DNA from: Spirochaetota bacterium | GTDB taxonomy: Bacteria > Spirochaetota > UBA12135 > COTS27 > CBDBHE01 | DNA length: 64,000 nt | NCBI GenBank assembly: GCA_965205605.1 | Contig: CBDBHE010000007.1 | Span: forward strand, 256,001-320,000 | Reading direction: 5' to 3' | In this document: piece after piece, positions 50,882 through 60,802 of the stretch | Layout: each line of letters starts with the position of its first letter | Position numbering within the stretch: the first letter of the stretch is position 1 | Program-made: the position numbers and the translations under genes | The notes under the pieces: generated by a model | What the model was told of the DNA's origin: nothing | Seen by the model: only the letters and a program-made list of their open reading frames with translations | Databases searched by the model: none

Positions 50882-52432
50882 TTATCGATATTTAAAAAGG
50901 AAGAGGTCCCAAGTGTAAACTTTAAAAGTAAGTTTTAAGGTAATATCGTTATAGATCGTATTTCTAACGTGGCTTGAAAGCGAACGAACGCGATACTCTT
51001 TGCTGGCTAAATCAAAATAAAAAAAGCCTGCTGAAGCAATGTCATTGGAAAAAAAAATACTTTCACCTTGGAGGTCGGGAATATAACTTTGCGTCTTTGC
51101 AATGGCAGACTTTAAAACAAACTCAGACTTTAAAAGTCGGTTGTGGTCATTGCTTGCTCTGATAAGCGTGATGGGTGAGGAAGTGTTTAAATTAACATTC
51201 TTTAAAGTGTATTCAAAAAGAATGAAGTGCTTTGACGTACTGATGACATCCTGCTGGGCTGATGGGTCTGCAAGCACTGATTGAGAAGAAACAAGGACGT
51301 CATTAATCCGTAAACCGACACATTGATATAGCCCCATCGAGTTTCGAAGATAGTCTCCATTCGAATAATTAATGCGCATTTTAAGATGAGTATTAAGATA
51401 CGTGTACTTTCTACCTTCCGATAAGAGATTGCGATGGATACCTGCTCCGGTGTCATTTGTTTGGTAATCGATGTTGCAATCTTTAACGATAGCCCACTTG
51501 GCTCCAATGGCAACCTGACGCTCACTTGGAGTCACATACCAAGGGGCAATATGAAGATAAATGTTTTCAACGGTCACTTGTTTAAAATCGTAGCCGTCGA
51601 TGACCGTGGGGCCATAACCATGACCATGACGGTGGCCTTCAATTAAAAACTCCCCTTGGCTTTTTCCTTTGAGATGCAAGGTCCATTGGCTCAGATTTTG
51701 GCGTAATGCATCAGACAAAGGTAAAGTCTCACTCTGTGTGCTTAGTCGGTTCATCGTGCCCTCGTACTCTAGCATCAAGTTTCGATGCCCTAAAGCATGC
51801 AATCGGTCAAAATAACCACCACGGACAAAACCCTCAAAAGCTTCTTGAAGGGTAAAATGCCATCCTGCCAGACTAATCACTCCCCACTGGCGACAGTCAT
51901 AAAAAAGAATGTCGTGCCCTATGACTTTTTTAAACAAGTAAAGCGGTCTCTTGTTTTGCCCAATATGAGGGTATTCAAAATTACTTATTTCTTGCCTTAG
52001 CACGCTTATTTCCCCTGATGTATCACAGAGGACGACTTGATATTCGTCTTCTAAGACTAAATCTGTAAACGCGATATCACGGGTGACTTGGATAGGCTTG
52101 CCTTGAATAAGGACTTCCCCTTTTTGGATGGTAAAACTAATCGTCTCTTCACTAGGATAGTAAATATCAATCACTTCCATCCCCTTGATAACGGCATTGT
52201 CTCTTCCTAAAGCCGCTCCCCCAGCATCTAGCCTTTCTTTTATCGTGTCGTACCCTCCCCTAGCACTTTGGACTTCTGCGTCACTCAGTGGGCTGCCTTC
52301 TATCTCTCTCACTCGGTGCTCAAGGTCATTGTGAGCCTCCTTAATCCCTTCAAAGTTTTCATTTAACACATGCGAGCTGGCAAAAGCCTTTCTTTTAATC
52401 TCATACAAATCATTGGCATTAATTTGACTCAT
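50882..52432 (-). CDS. Tail fibre / receptor-binding protein
   Basis: LNENF, EVQSARGGYDTIKERLDA motif typical of tail-fibre/baseplate N-termini; beta-rich C-terminus. Confidence 0.7.
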   Translation of the reverse strand: MSQINANDLYEIKRKAFASSHVLNENFEGIKEAHNDLEHRVREIEGSPLSDAEVQSARGGYDTIKERLDAGGAALGRDNAVIKGMEVIDIYYPSEETISFTIQKGEVLIQGKPIQVTRDIAFTDLVLEDEYQVVLCDTSGEISVLRQEISNFEYPHIGQNKRPLYLFKKVIGHDILFYDCRQWGVISLAGWHFTLQEAFEGFVRGGYFDRLHALGHRNLMLEYEGTMNRLSTQSETLPLSDALRQNLSQWTLHLKGKSQGEFLIEGHRHGHGYGPTVIDGYDFKQVTVENIYLHIAPWYVTPSERQVAIGAKWAIVKDCNIDYQTNDTGAGIHRNLLSEGRKYTYLNTHLKMRINYSNGDYLRNSMGLYQCVGLRINDVLVSSQSVLADPSAQQDVISTSKHFILFEYTLKNVNLNTSSPITLIRASNDHNRLLKSEFVLKSAIAKTQSYIPDLQGESIFFSNDIASAGFFYFDLASKEYRVRSLSSHVRNTIYNDITLKLTFKVYTWDLFLFKYR

Positions 52433-52555
52433 TTTTTTTTTCTCCTTCCTTTCTTCCTTCCTTAATTAATTAATTAATTATTTTTATTTTTATTATTTTT
52501 ATTATTTTTATTTTCAGATAAGTTTATTTTTATTATTTTTTTAAAAAAAAAAGCT

Positions 52556-54286
52556 TTACAAGTAGGGCGGAAAAGCGGGCGGCTTGCCTACAATCGCTTT
52601 AGTGGCTTGAAGGGCCAGTAAAGAAGGAAGTTCAAAATTGTCTTTTGTCAAAACCCCAATATCTCCCTTTTCGTCCGTATAAAAGTCATAAGCAAATCCA
52701 ATATCATACTCTCGTGCTTCATCATAGCGACTGGCTGTAAAGGCTTTAAAAGTATTAAGACCCAAAATGGTCTTGTTTAAGGCTCCGCTTGCAAACCGAT
52801 GAGAAACTTCGTTTACTTCAAAAATATAAAACAAGTCAATCGTCTTAACAAAAATAAACACTTTACTGCCAAGGGAAAAAAAAGGATACCCATTCCAAAG
52901 GACGAGTTTTTTAATTTGAGACAAGGTTTTGCTTTCATTGACGAGGAGTTTTTTAGCCAAGAAAAAACAAGCCACTTGATTTTGAAATAAAATGTTTTTA
53001 ACATCCAAGCTTTTAGAATAACCTTCTTCAAAAAATTGACTCATATTAAACACGCTAGCCGAAATCGTTTTGTCTGCTTTGTCCCCTTGAGCTCTCATCA
53101 AGTCTCTGCCTCTAATTCGACTTATGACCCCTGGTTTCAAACGTTCAAAGAAAAAATACCTGACTTTGTTTCCCGCTTCATTTAAAGCCGTGAGCGGAAA
53201 ATTAACTTTAAAGCTTCCCCGGCTGATAGTAGGAAAAAACTCTCCCGAGCCTAAATCTAGCTCAAAATAATCATTTTTTTCACCTGCTCTACTGGCAAAC
53301 CTAATGTTTTTTAAGGTTTTTTCTGGTCCAAAATCACTCCCTCGTTTTGAAACATTGACGATTTTAAAACCTCTTTCATCATTTTGTTGAAACTGACTAA
53401 GGCTTTCGATTTCACCTTCATCTAAATTAAGGACCTCAAGGTTTTCATTTGGATTTCGAACCACTAAAACCTCCCCAATCTCTTTTTTAACCACCGAAAT
53501 AAGCTCCAAATCAATCACGGACTTGGCGTATTCAAAGCACTTGTTCAAAGCTTCCAAGCAAGACATTCTTTCAATGTCTTCTAAATCAACCTCCCAGGGC
53601 CATTCTCCCCTCCCCCTTGAGTTTAATTGTTTAACCCTTTCATCCACTTTTTCCTTAGACAAAATCGCCAAATCTGCCCCCACAGACGTATCAAAAAGAA
53701 AGCCCGTGAGATGACTAAGACCCGCACTTTCTAAAATACTTTCTACTCCCCTTGTAAAAGACCATCCATTATCAAAAATAAAGGGAAGCTCATTATCGGC
53801 CAGCCGTCCAAAAATATCTCGAGCTTTGAGGTTGATTCGAGCTGATTTTTTTAAGGTCACTTCACTGATTTCTGCCTGGTCAATGCTAAAAAGATAATGC
53901 TTGTAATAAACCATTCGTCCCCTCAGCCGGCTACCGATATTCACCAAAAGCTTGTCCCCTACTTTAAAATTAAACAACCCATCATCTCCAATAGAATACT
54001 TGCCATCACTCACACTAGAAAGCGTCAAATCCAAAGTCGTGGCATTGCGAATAAAACGCAATTTACCCCTTCTGTTTTTTCCATTGGATTCACTAATTTT
54101 CAAACTTTCCACGTCGTTTAAAACCTCAAAAGTCTCCCCTCCAAAAACAAGCCCCCCCCCTTCGACTTGCTTGGAAACTTTCGCATCAAGAAGGTATTGG
54201 TCACTATTTTGCAAGAGATTTTTTATCTCAAAATCTTGTTCAAAATCAAGATCAATTAAGCTATCTGTTGAAAAAAAATCCATCAA
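52556..54286 (-). CDS. Tail tip / baseplate hub-like protein
   Basis: Position after Dit-like gene; I.LKARD..GRL, V.EVSHRF. Confidence 0.55.
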   Translation of the reverse strand: MMDFFSTDSLIDLDFEQDFEIKNLLQNSDQYLLDAKVSKQVEGGGLVFGGETFEVLNDVESLKISESNGKNRRGKLRFIRNATTLDLTLSSVSDGKYSIGDDGLFNFKVGDKLLVNIGSRLRGRMVYYKHYLFSIDQAEISEVTLKKSARINLKARDIFGRLADNELPFIFDNGWSFTRGVESILESAGLSHLTGFLFDTSVGADLAILSKEKVDERVKQLNSRGRGEWPWEVDLEDIERMSCLEALNKCFEYAKSVIDLELISVVKKEIGEVLVVRNPNENLEVLNLDEGEIESLSQFQQNDERGFKIVNVSKRGSDFGPEKTLKNIRFASRAGEKNDYFELDLGSGEFFPTISRGSFKVNFPLTALNEAGNKVRYFFFERLKPGVISRIRGRDLMRAQGDKADKTISASVFNMSQFFEEGYSKSLDVKNILFQNQVACFFLAKKLLVNESKTLSQIKKLVLWNGYPFFSLGSKVFIFVKTIDLFYIFEVNEVSHRFASGALNKTILGLNTFKAFTASRYDEAREYDIGFAYDFYTDEKGDIGVLTKDNFELPSLLALQATKAIVGKPPAFPPYL

Positions 54287-54292
54287 TTCCTC

Positions 54293-54691
54293 TTATAAAA
54301 GCTCCGTTGAACTCATTTCAATCTCAAGCACATGACAAACTTCAGATCTCTTTTCACCAGAAAAAGTAGGGGATAAAAACTGTTCTTCTTCTCCTACATA
54401 AGAAAGCATGACTGACAATTCATTTCTCTTAGGCCGTACAAATGATTTTAAAGGGTCCCCCTCCTCAAGCACAATGGCAATATGACGAGAGCTTTGCAAG
54501 TACGTCTGAAAAGCCTTTATTTGCCCATACACCATCAAAGCCAACAATTTTACTTCCAGTCGCCACCCTTTAATCTGCTTTTTAAGCGAACCACTGAGCG
54601 TTTGAGTCCTTGACGACACTTCTTTAAAATAAATCCTCGGTTCATTATCAATGATTTCAAACAATTCTTCGTTTTCATTTTTAAAAATCAT
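54293..54691 (-). CDS. Distal tail (Dit)-like protein
   Basis: Position after TMP; RTQTLSG.L..QIKG. Confidence 0.45.
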   Translation of the reverse strand: MIFKNENEELFEIIDNEPRIYFKEVSSRTQTLSGSLKKQIKGWRLEVKLLALMVYGQIKAFQTYLQSSRHIAIVLEEGDPLKSFVRPKRNELSVMLSYVGEEEQFLSPTFSGEKRSEVCHVLEIEMSSTELL

Positions 54692-54726
54692 TTCTTCTTA
54701 TCCTTTTTTTAAAGCCCTTTTTTTCA

Positions 54727-55761
54727 TTAAACCGTTTGTCCACTAAGACGCTGGATTTCATTTTGAGTTTCAATAAGGTCGACCGTATCAAAGTAAAAAT
54801 GATTTTCAGTTTGATAATGTTGAGTTTGTTGGTTTTCAGTTTGATGCCGAGAAGAAGAAGGACTGAAACCTAAGGCGAGTTTTTCAAGAATGCTCGTGGG
54901 AATGACCGCAGAAGGAGAAGCAGGAGTAACAAGCTCTGCCCTAGAAAAATCACCGGGAATATCCCCAACAATAGCACTCTTGCCAGCAGCAATCAATCCT
55001 CCTGAAAATAAAGAAGGGGCTTTTTGCCCAAGAATAGCACTCGTTTGGGCCGCTCCCGTCGCCAAAACCGTCGCCGCATTAATCAAGTTTAAAGGAAAAA
55101 TACTCGTTACAAGCGCTTTGGTCGCCGCCAAAGCCGCATTAATGATCGCAAGGCCTACCGATAAGTTTTGATTAAAAAAAAAGCCATCCCTCGCTCGCCT
55201 ATTTTCTGCTTTTTCCAATTTCTTTTGAGTTTCCCCTCGAGCAATTTTCGCTTTCTCCACATCATCTTCTCTCTTTTGACGCCTCGCTGCAATCGCTTCT
55301 TCAGCAAGAACTTTTTCGTCTTCAAGCTCAACCTTCCTTAAAGCTTCCTCTTCATCCAAAATCGCTCTGTCTAAAAACGCCCGTTCAAAAACATCCGCTT
55401 CACTTTTTTTCTCCGCTCGTAACAACTCAAGCCTCTCTTCAATCCGATTTCTCTCAGCTTCTTTTTTTAAAGATTGCTCTTCTTCCCCTTTTCTTTTTCG
55501 CTTTTCTCTTTCTTTCTCATTAAACTCATTAAGCGCCCTCACCGCCGCCTTCACCACCTTACCTTCGGCTTCCAAGTTTTTTCTTAAAGCCTTGATGTCC
55601 CCAAATCCTTTATCAAAATTAGTCTTAAAAAATCGATTTAATTCCCCAAAAATCCCCCCTTCCCTAAACTTAAAAACTTCCTCAGTCGACTTAAGACCCT
55701 CTCTAAAAAGATTTAAAGCCCCCTCAACTTCATTAATTCTCTTAGCCGTATTATCCATCAA
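54727..55761 (-). CDS. Short tape measure protein
   Basis: Coiled coil, Ala-rich hydrophobic segment, FSGG...AIVGD...AELVTP TMP-type C-terminal motif. Confidence 0.75.
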   Translation of the reverse strand: MMDNTAKRINEVEGALNLFREGLKSTEEVFKFREGGIFGELNRFFKTNFDKGFGDIKALRKNLEAEGKVVKAAVRALNEFNEKEREKRKRKGEEEQSLKKEAERNRIEERLELLRAEKKSEADVFERAFLDRAILDEEEALRKVELEDEKVLAEEAIAARRQKREDDVEKAKIARGETQKKLEKAENRRARDGFFFNQNLSVGLAIINAALAATKALVTSIFPLNLINAATVLATGAAQTSAILGQKAPSLFSGGLIAAGKSAIVGDIPGDFSRAELVTPASPSAVIPTSILEKLALGFSPSSSRHQTENQQTQHYQTENHFYFDTVDLIETQNEIQRLSGQTV

Positions 55762-55976
55762 ATTAACCCTTCCCTTCCTTTTTTTTAAACCAGCCTTGTT
55801 GCTTCTTTTCTAAATCATTCATCTCTTCGGTCATCTGATTCTCTTTGATTTTCTTTTCATGAAGATTCTTTTTTTATTCTTTTTTTATTCTTTTGTTATT
55901 TCTGTTGCTTTATTTTATAAAAATCTTTTCTCTCAAGATGATTTTTTTTGAGATTTTTTGAGGATTTCAGCATGGT

Positions 55977-56558
55977 TTATTTGAAGGCGGATTTTTTCTT
56001 TTTCAAGCTCGCGAGCAGCCTGAATCTCAAGAAACGTTTTTGCTCCAGGGTCATCCCCTTCACACCACCCCCAAAATCCATCCTCTCGCCCTCGCCCTCG
56101 CCCTCGCCCTGACTCTGGTAAGGTGAAAGATGACGAATCGAGTCCACAAAAAAAAAAAGTCTCGTCTGATAAAGTAAGATTTTTTTAAATAAATCAAAAA
56201 AACTTTCCACGTTTTCAAACCCCCACTTAAAAAAAGCCCCCTTAAGACCCCTCTCAGCAAAAAAACCTCCCTTCTTTCGAAACGAATACACCAAGTCTAA
56301 CGCCGATAAATATAACCCCTTCTTCGTTAATAAACTCTCCTCAGCAAAGTTCCTCTCCCTAAAAAAAGTCAGTAAACGATCCTTATGCTCAAAAAGTAAA
56401 AAAACATCCAAAGCACTTTTAAGATGAAAACAAACACAGCGTCCCTTTCCTATCTCAACATAAAAAGGTTCGTTCCTCTTCAGCTCAAGAAACTTTAGCG
56501 GTTCATACTCCCAAACAAACTTAGTACCCTTTATCGAACGTTTAAATAAACCCTTCAA
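55977..56558 (-). CDS. Tail assembly chaperone (gpG-like), with -1 frame product ending at 55933
   Basis: Between tail tube and TMP; T11 slippery run and open -1 frame. Confidence 0.55.
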   Translation of the reverse strand: MKGLFKRSIKGTKFVWEYEPLKFLELKRNEPFYVEIGKGRCVCFHLKSALDVFLLFEHKDRLLTFFRERNFAEESLLTKKGLYLSALDLVYSFRKKGGFFAERGLKGAFFKWGFENVESFFDLFKKILLYQTRLFFFVDSIRHLSPYQSQGEGEGEGERMDFGGGVKGMTLEQKRFLRFRLLASLKKKKSAFK

Positions 56559-56696
56559 TTCCTTCTCTCCTTCTCTCCTTCTTTTTCAAATCCTTTTCAC
56601 CCTCAGCGATTTATTCTCTTAAATCTCCCTTAAAATCTCCCTTAAAATCTCTTAAGCTTCTTTAACTTTTTTTAAGTTTCTCTTAAACGACTTCGA

Positions 56697-56752
56697 TAAG
56701 TTTCTCTTAATAAGTTTCTCTTAATAAGTTTCTCTTAATAAGTTTCTCTTAA
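56697..56752. repeat. Four copies of TAAGTTTCTCTTAA
   Basis: Direct reading; overlaps the tail tube stop codon. Confidence 0.95.
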
Positions 56753-57627
56753 ACGGCTTCGACTTTTTTCATTCGAAAGCAATCCACTTGAGAGTTTTCT
56801 CTTAAAAGGTCGCTTTCTACTTTCCCACTCAGCGACAACGTTTTAAACTCTTGTCCCCCTACAATCCCCGTTGAAGAGGGATACAGCCGGATTTTAAAAA
56901 CTTCAAATAGCACTAGCTCTCCTTTTTGATTGCGACTGACCGCCTGCAGGCAACTATGGCGATGATTAAATGACCCTGAGCCAATGTGCGTTTCCCCATA
57001 CCCATTCTCATCTAGCCCACTCTTTTTACCCCCAAACACACCGGTGAACATCTCTAAACTAGAAACATTATTTAATGTCAAGCTAAGCGTCGCATCATTT
57101 CGAACCACCCCCGTACTTATCACTCTTTGAGGCACCGTGTCCGTCAGTAACTCCGCTTGAGTCGACTCAAACGTTAGCTCCCTCTCCCCTACGTCCCCAA
57201 CAAAACGACCTAAATCTTTATGAATATTCGTTTCACTGTACTCCCTCGCATCGCCTCCCGCATACACCCTAATCTCTAGTCTTTCCCCATCCGTTAAACT
57301 TACCCTCCTCTTGTCATCAGCAATTAACACATTCTCCGTGCTATCAAAAATAACCTTCCCTTCTACTTTGTCAATCGCCTTAATCTTCGCTCTCCCTAGC
57401 TCCCCTCTCTCCCCCTTAAAATACAAATTGAAAAACCCTCCCGAAACAAAGTCATCCCATTCTTCCCTCTCTCTATCAAGCTCCAACCTTACCTTCGCCT
57501 CCCTCTCATCACTAAGCTCTAACACACTCCCCCTCTCCTCATACAACACAAACGACCCATAAAAATCATGGCTGCTAAGCATCAAGTCTTCACTCAATTT
57601 TTGATCTCTCTCATTACGATAAAACAT
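56749..57627 (-). CDS. Major tail tube-like protein
   Basis: Position; beta-rich C-half (LTFE, ATLSLTL, FEVFK, TLSLSGKV..D); strong RBS. Confidence 0.55.
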   Translation of the reverse strand: MFYRNERDQKLSEDLMLSSHDFYGSFVLYEERGSVLELSDEREAKVRLELDREREEWDDFVSGGFFNLYFKGERGELGRAKIKAIDKVEGKVIFDSTENVLIADDKRRVSLTDGERLEIRVYAGGDAREYSETNIHKDLGRFVGDVGERELTFESTQAELLTDTVPQRVISTGVVRNDATLSLTLNNVSSLEMFTGVFGGKKSGLDENGYGETHIGSGSFNHRHSCLQAVSRNQKGELVLFEVFKIRLYPSSTGIVGGQEFKTLSLSGKVESDLLRENSQVDCFRMKKVEAV

Positions 57628-57639
57628 CTTCTGTTCTCC

Positions 57640-57733
57640 TTTTTCTTCTTTCTTCTTTCTTCTTTCTTCTTTCTTCTTTCTTCTTTCTTCTTTCTTCTTT
57701 CTTCTTTCTTCTTTCTTCTTTCTTCTTTCTTCT
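57640..57733. repeat. (TTCTTTC)n microsatellite upstream of the tail tube RBS
   Basis: About 13 tandem 7-mers. Confidence 0.9.
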
Positions 57734-57775
57734 TGATTTTTTTACAAAAAAAAAATCCCTGCTTTCTTTTAAAGA

Positions 57776-58105
57776 CTAAAAACGACTCCCTTCTTCTGTC
57801 AAATAATCCAAGCTAAAAAAAATCTTCGCCTCCTCTCTTTTAAACATCACTTTCTCAAAAATAAACGCTTTTTTAATCTTCTTAATCGCAATGTCAATTT
57901 TAAGAAAAAATGACCCCTCTCCTTTAAAATCTCCCGTAAAATTAAAAATAAAATAAGCCCGATTGACCCGCTTCACTCCCTTTTCCCCACTCACTCGATC
58001 AAAAACTAACTCCCCGTTTCCCTCAATCCCTTGCTCCTGTAAAAAACCTCTCACCTCTGTATACAGCCCAAGTAAGTTTTCACCCTTAATCACCCTTTCT
58101 ATCAT
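57776..58105 (-). CDS. Putative neck / tail terminator protein
   Basis: Size and position only. Confidence 0.4.
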   Translation of the reverse strand: MIERVIKGENLLGLYTEVRGFLQEQGIEGNGELVFDRVSGEKGVKRVNRAYFIFNFTGDFKGEGSFFLKIDIAIKKIKKAFIFEKVMFKREEAKIFFSLDYLTEEGSRF

Positions 58106-58108
58106 TCC

Positions 58109-58139
<31 letters not shown>

Positions 58140-58157
58140 AATTTTTTTTTTATCTTT

Positions 58158-59081
58158 TTATCTCATTAAAGACACCCCTTTTTTCTCCCCTCTCCCTTCT
58201 TTCACAAACAAAGCTCTCTTTGAAAAATAATGAAGGTATTTCTTCTCATACTCATCCCCTCGTCTTTCATCATCCCCCTCAAAAAAAGACCCTAAGGCCA
58301 GTTTGTAGTAATTGGCAAAAAATCGAAAAATAATGCATTGGTTAATAAATCTTTCTTGATACTTCATCTCTCCTTTCTCGTTTCGAAATCCTTCTCCCTT
58401 TGACTTGAAAAAATCCCCAAGCTCCCTCGCAGCCTCATCCAAGCCGCCTCTAAGTCGTAAGCATAAATTAAACCCATTGCCTCCCTTCGCTATCAGCTTC
58501 TCATCACTTAAAATAAGCTTGCCCTCTTCTTTCACAAATCCCTTCACAAACACCTCTCTTACTTCTCCACTCCCTTCCTCTTCTACCTCACCACTCGCTC
58601 CTATCACTTCCTCTCTCCTCAGCTTCTTAAACCTCTCATCAACTACAAACCCTTCCCCACTAGCCCTAAGCCGCCCCGAAAGATAAAAAAAATTATTAAA
58701 AAAAAAACCCCTATGTCCCTTCCTTAACTCATGCTCATAAATCCGATACGTCATCTTTTCCCCCACCCCACAATAAAAAAACCTCAGTAAAACTTCTCTC
58801 TCCTCTCCCACAGTTTCCCCCTCCCCCATCACCGCCACAGATAAACCAGAAAATACTTCTAAAATAACCTTCTCTCCTACCTTAAATCCTTCCGTCTTCA
58901 CCTCAAGGTTGACCTCCCCTTCTATCGGCTTTACTCCATTCCATTCTTGCTCATTATTAAACCCTTCATTAAACCCTTCATTAAACCCTTCACTCCTCCT
59001 CAACAAACGACAATCAATCGCCTCATCCCCAGGAACATAAAAATGAACCCTGTCTTCACTCCCAACTAAAATCTCTCTCAC
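58158..59081 (-). CDS. Putative head-tail adaptor protein
   Basis: Directly after capsid; helical C-terminal part resembling adaptors. Confidence 0.4.
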   Translation of the reverse strand: MREILVGSEDRVHFYVPGDEAIDCRLLRRSEGFNEGFNEGFNNEQEWNGVKPIEGEVNLEVKTEGFKVGEKVILEVFSGLSVAVMGEGETVGEEREVLLRFFYCGVGEKMTYRIYEHELRKGHRGFFFNNFFYLSGRLRASGEGFVVDERFKKLRREEVIGASGEVEEEGSGEVREVFVKGFVKEEGKLILSDEKLIAKGGNGFNLCLRLRGGLDEAARELGDFFKSKGEGFRNEKGEMKYQERFINQCIIFRFFANYYKLALGSFFEGDDERRGDEYEKKYLHYFSKRALFVKEGRGEKKGVSLMR

Positions 59082-59223
59082 TTAACTTCCTCTCTCTTAA
59101 AACTTCCTCTCTCTTAAAACTTCCTCTCTCTCTTAAAACTTCCTCTTATTTGATGGCTTTTAGAACATAAAAAAATTAAAGACTTGCTTAAAAAAAAATG
59201 CCAAGCAAAAAAAGTCTGTGTTT

Positions 59224-59273
59224 AAAAAAAAAAAAAAATCAGGGGGGAAAGTCGCCTCGCCCCCTCTGGGATT
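59224..59273 (-). terminator. Intrinsic terminator after the capsid gene
   Basis: Minus strand AGGGGGCGAG-GCGA-CTTTCCCCCCT hairpin followed by a long T-run. Confidence 0.7.
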
Positions 59274-59321
59274 TGTCTCTGAGTTTAGGGATACTTTAAG
59301 ATGATTTAGGAATGCTATCGT

Positions 59322-60332
59322 TTAGTTGGTCACTAAAAGAGACATCTTGATATTTTTCCTCTCGCCCACTCGCTCCCAGTTGTCAGCACTACTAAGGTCA
59401 CTGTCAGCTGGATTCTTTTGCGTACCGGTGTATTTAAACCCGTTGGGGTGTAAGCCAAACTCTCTTCTAGAATAAAAAATCTCTTCCCCAGCCCCTTGAT
59501 TGTTTTCAGGCTTGCGGTCAATCTCTATCTCTCTTGTCGTCACTGAAGCGTTTTGTCCAAACAACAACGCCCCTTCTCCCACTAAAAGAGTCACGTATTT
59601 CTTCTTCTTCGGAGACCCGTAACTGATAACAGGCATCTCGTCAGTCACAAAAACATTCAGCCCTTGATAGCGAGTGACCACCATTTCGTTCTTCGACGGA
59701 GACGTGTAATCAATCTGATCTAACGCACTGAGCTCTTTGGCTTTATCACTATGGAGAATGATCGAACTTAAACAACTAATCTCCCCTTTCAGCTTGTACG
59801 CTCCTTCAGTAATATTACTCGCACTCAACCGATTGCTAGAACCTATTGTCGAAAGCGCCACATTATCAGCTACCGTCGATTCATAAAAAAGATCTCCCTC
59901 TTCACTCGAGTTTGCTTTCGCATACAAGTAAATCCCTTCGATGATTTTAGAAATAATCCGCTCATATTCCCCTTGCCAGTAATGACTCAGCTGACTTAAA
60001 ATATGCTCCACAGGGTCCGCTTTAGAAATACTCATTAAATAATTATTCCAATCCCAACTTTTAACTCGTAAAAGCTTGGCCGCTACATTCTCCCCTTGAC
60101 TCAAACTCGAAGAATTAAGAGCCACCGTAGAACCATTCGCCGGCATCGATGAACCACTTAATCCCTTGAAAAATGGAAAATGAATGCTTTCATTCCCCAC
60201 CACCCTATCAGCCAAAGGCTGAAAATAACTCACCGCTTGCGAACTAACAAACGGCCAAGTTTTATATATAAGCTCGCTTAACGTATGGGCAAACTCACTG
60301 CTTTTAACAATATCTGTTGTGCTTTGGGACAC
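59322..60332 (-). CDS. Major capsid protein, SPP1 gp13-like (HK97 fold)
   Basis: ADPV..I..Q...YW, IILHS, YQG..VFVTDEMP, GEGAL.FG, RREFGLHPNGF, L..ADNWERV. Confidence 0.93.
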   Translation of the reverse strand: MSQSTTDIVKSSEFAHTLSELIYKTWPFVSSQAVSYFQPLADRVVGNESIHFPFFKGLSGSSMPANGSTVALNSSSLSQGENVAAKLLRVKSWDWNNYLMSISKADPVEHILSQLSHYWQGEYERIISKIIEGIYLYAKANSSEEGDLFYESTVADNVALSTIGSSNRLSASNITEGAYKLKGEISCLSSIILHSDKAKELSALDQIDYTSPSKNEMVVTRYQGLNVFVTDEMPVISYGSPKKKKYVTLLVGEGALLFGQNASVTTREIEIDRKPENNQGAGEEIFYSRREFGLHPNGFKYTGTQKNPADSDLSSADNWERVGERKNIKMSLLVTN

Positions 60333-60802
60333 TTCTTTTCTCCTAATTATTAATATTAATAATAATAATGGTAATTCTTTAAAGCTCTCTCTCCAAGACC
60401 CTCTCTAAAGGGGCATCCACCCGACTCCAATAATAGTCCCCTTTTCTCTTCCTTCCCCTACCTCCTAACTTCATAAATCTTATAAATCTTATAAATCTTA
60501 TAAAACTTATAAAACTTACAACAAGTTTTACTTCAAGCAAGTGAAAAAATGATGAAAAGTTCCCCTTTATCCTAAACCCAAAATCGACTTTGTCAACTTT
60601 TTTTTTTATATCCTTAATTACAGAAGAAATGTCAAGCAAACAAACCCTCTGTTTAAAAAAAAAATGTTAAAAACAGGAAAAAAATATCCTTGACATTTAA
60701 CGACAAACAAAGATTATCTTTGCTTTTTTATTTTTTGTAAAATAAAGTTCTTAAATAAAGCTTTTCTCTCGACTCACAAAGGCAGTTCTTAAGCAAAGCC
60801 TT

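Noticed and set aside
50882-57627. Contractile injection system or tailocin
   Set aside because: No sheath or baseplate wedge genes recognised, and head and packaging genes are present
57568-57816. Plus-strand ORFs 57568..57816, 61245..61640 and 48836..49027
   Set aside because: Low-complexity shadows of microsatellites or of opposite-strand genes
60379-60639. 86-aa ORF upstream of the capsid gene
   Set aside because: Starts inside the dispersed element and runs through a 9-bp tandem repeat; probably a non-coding leader
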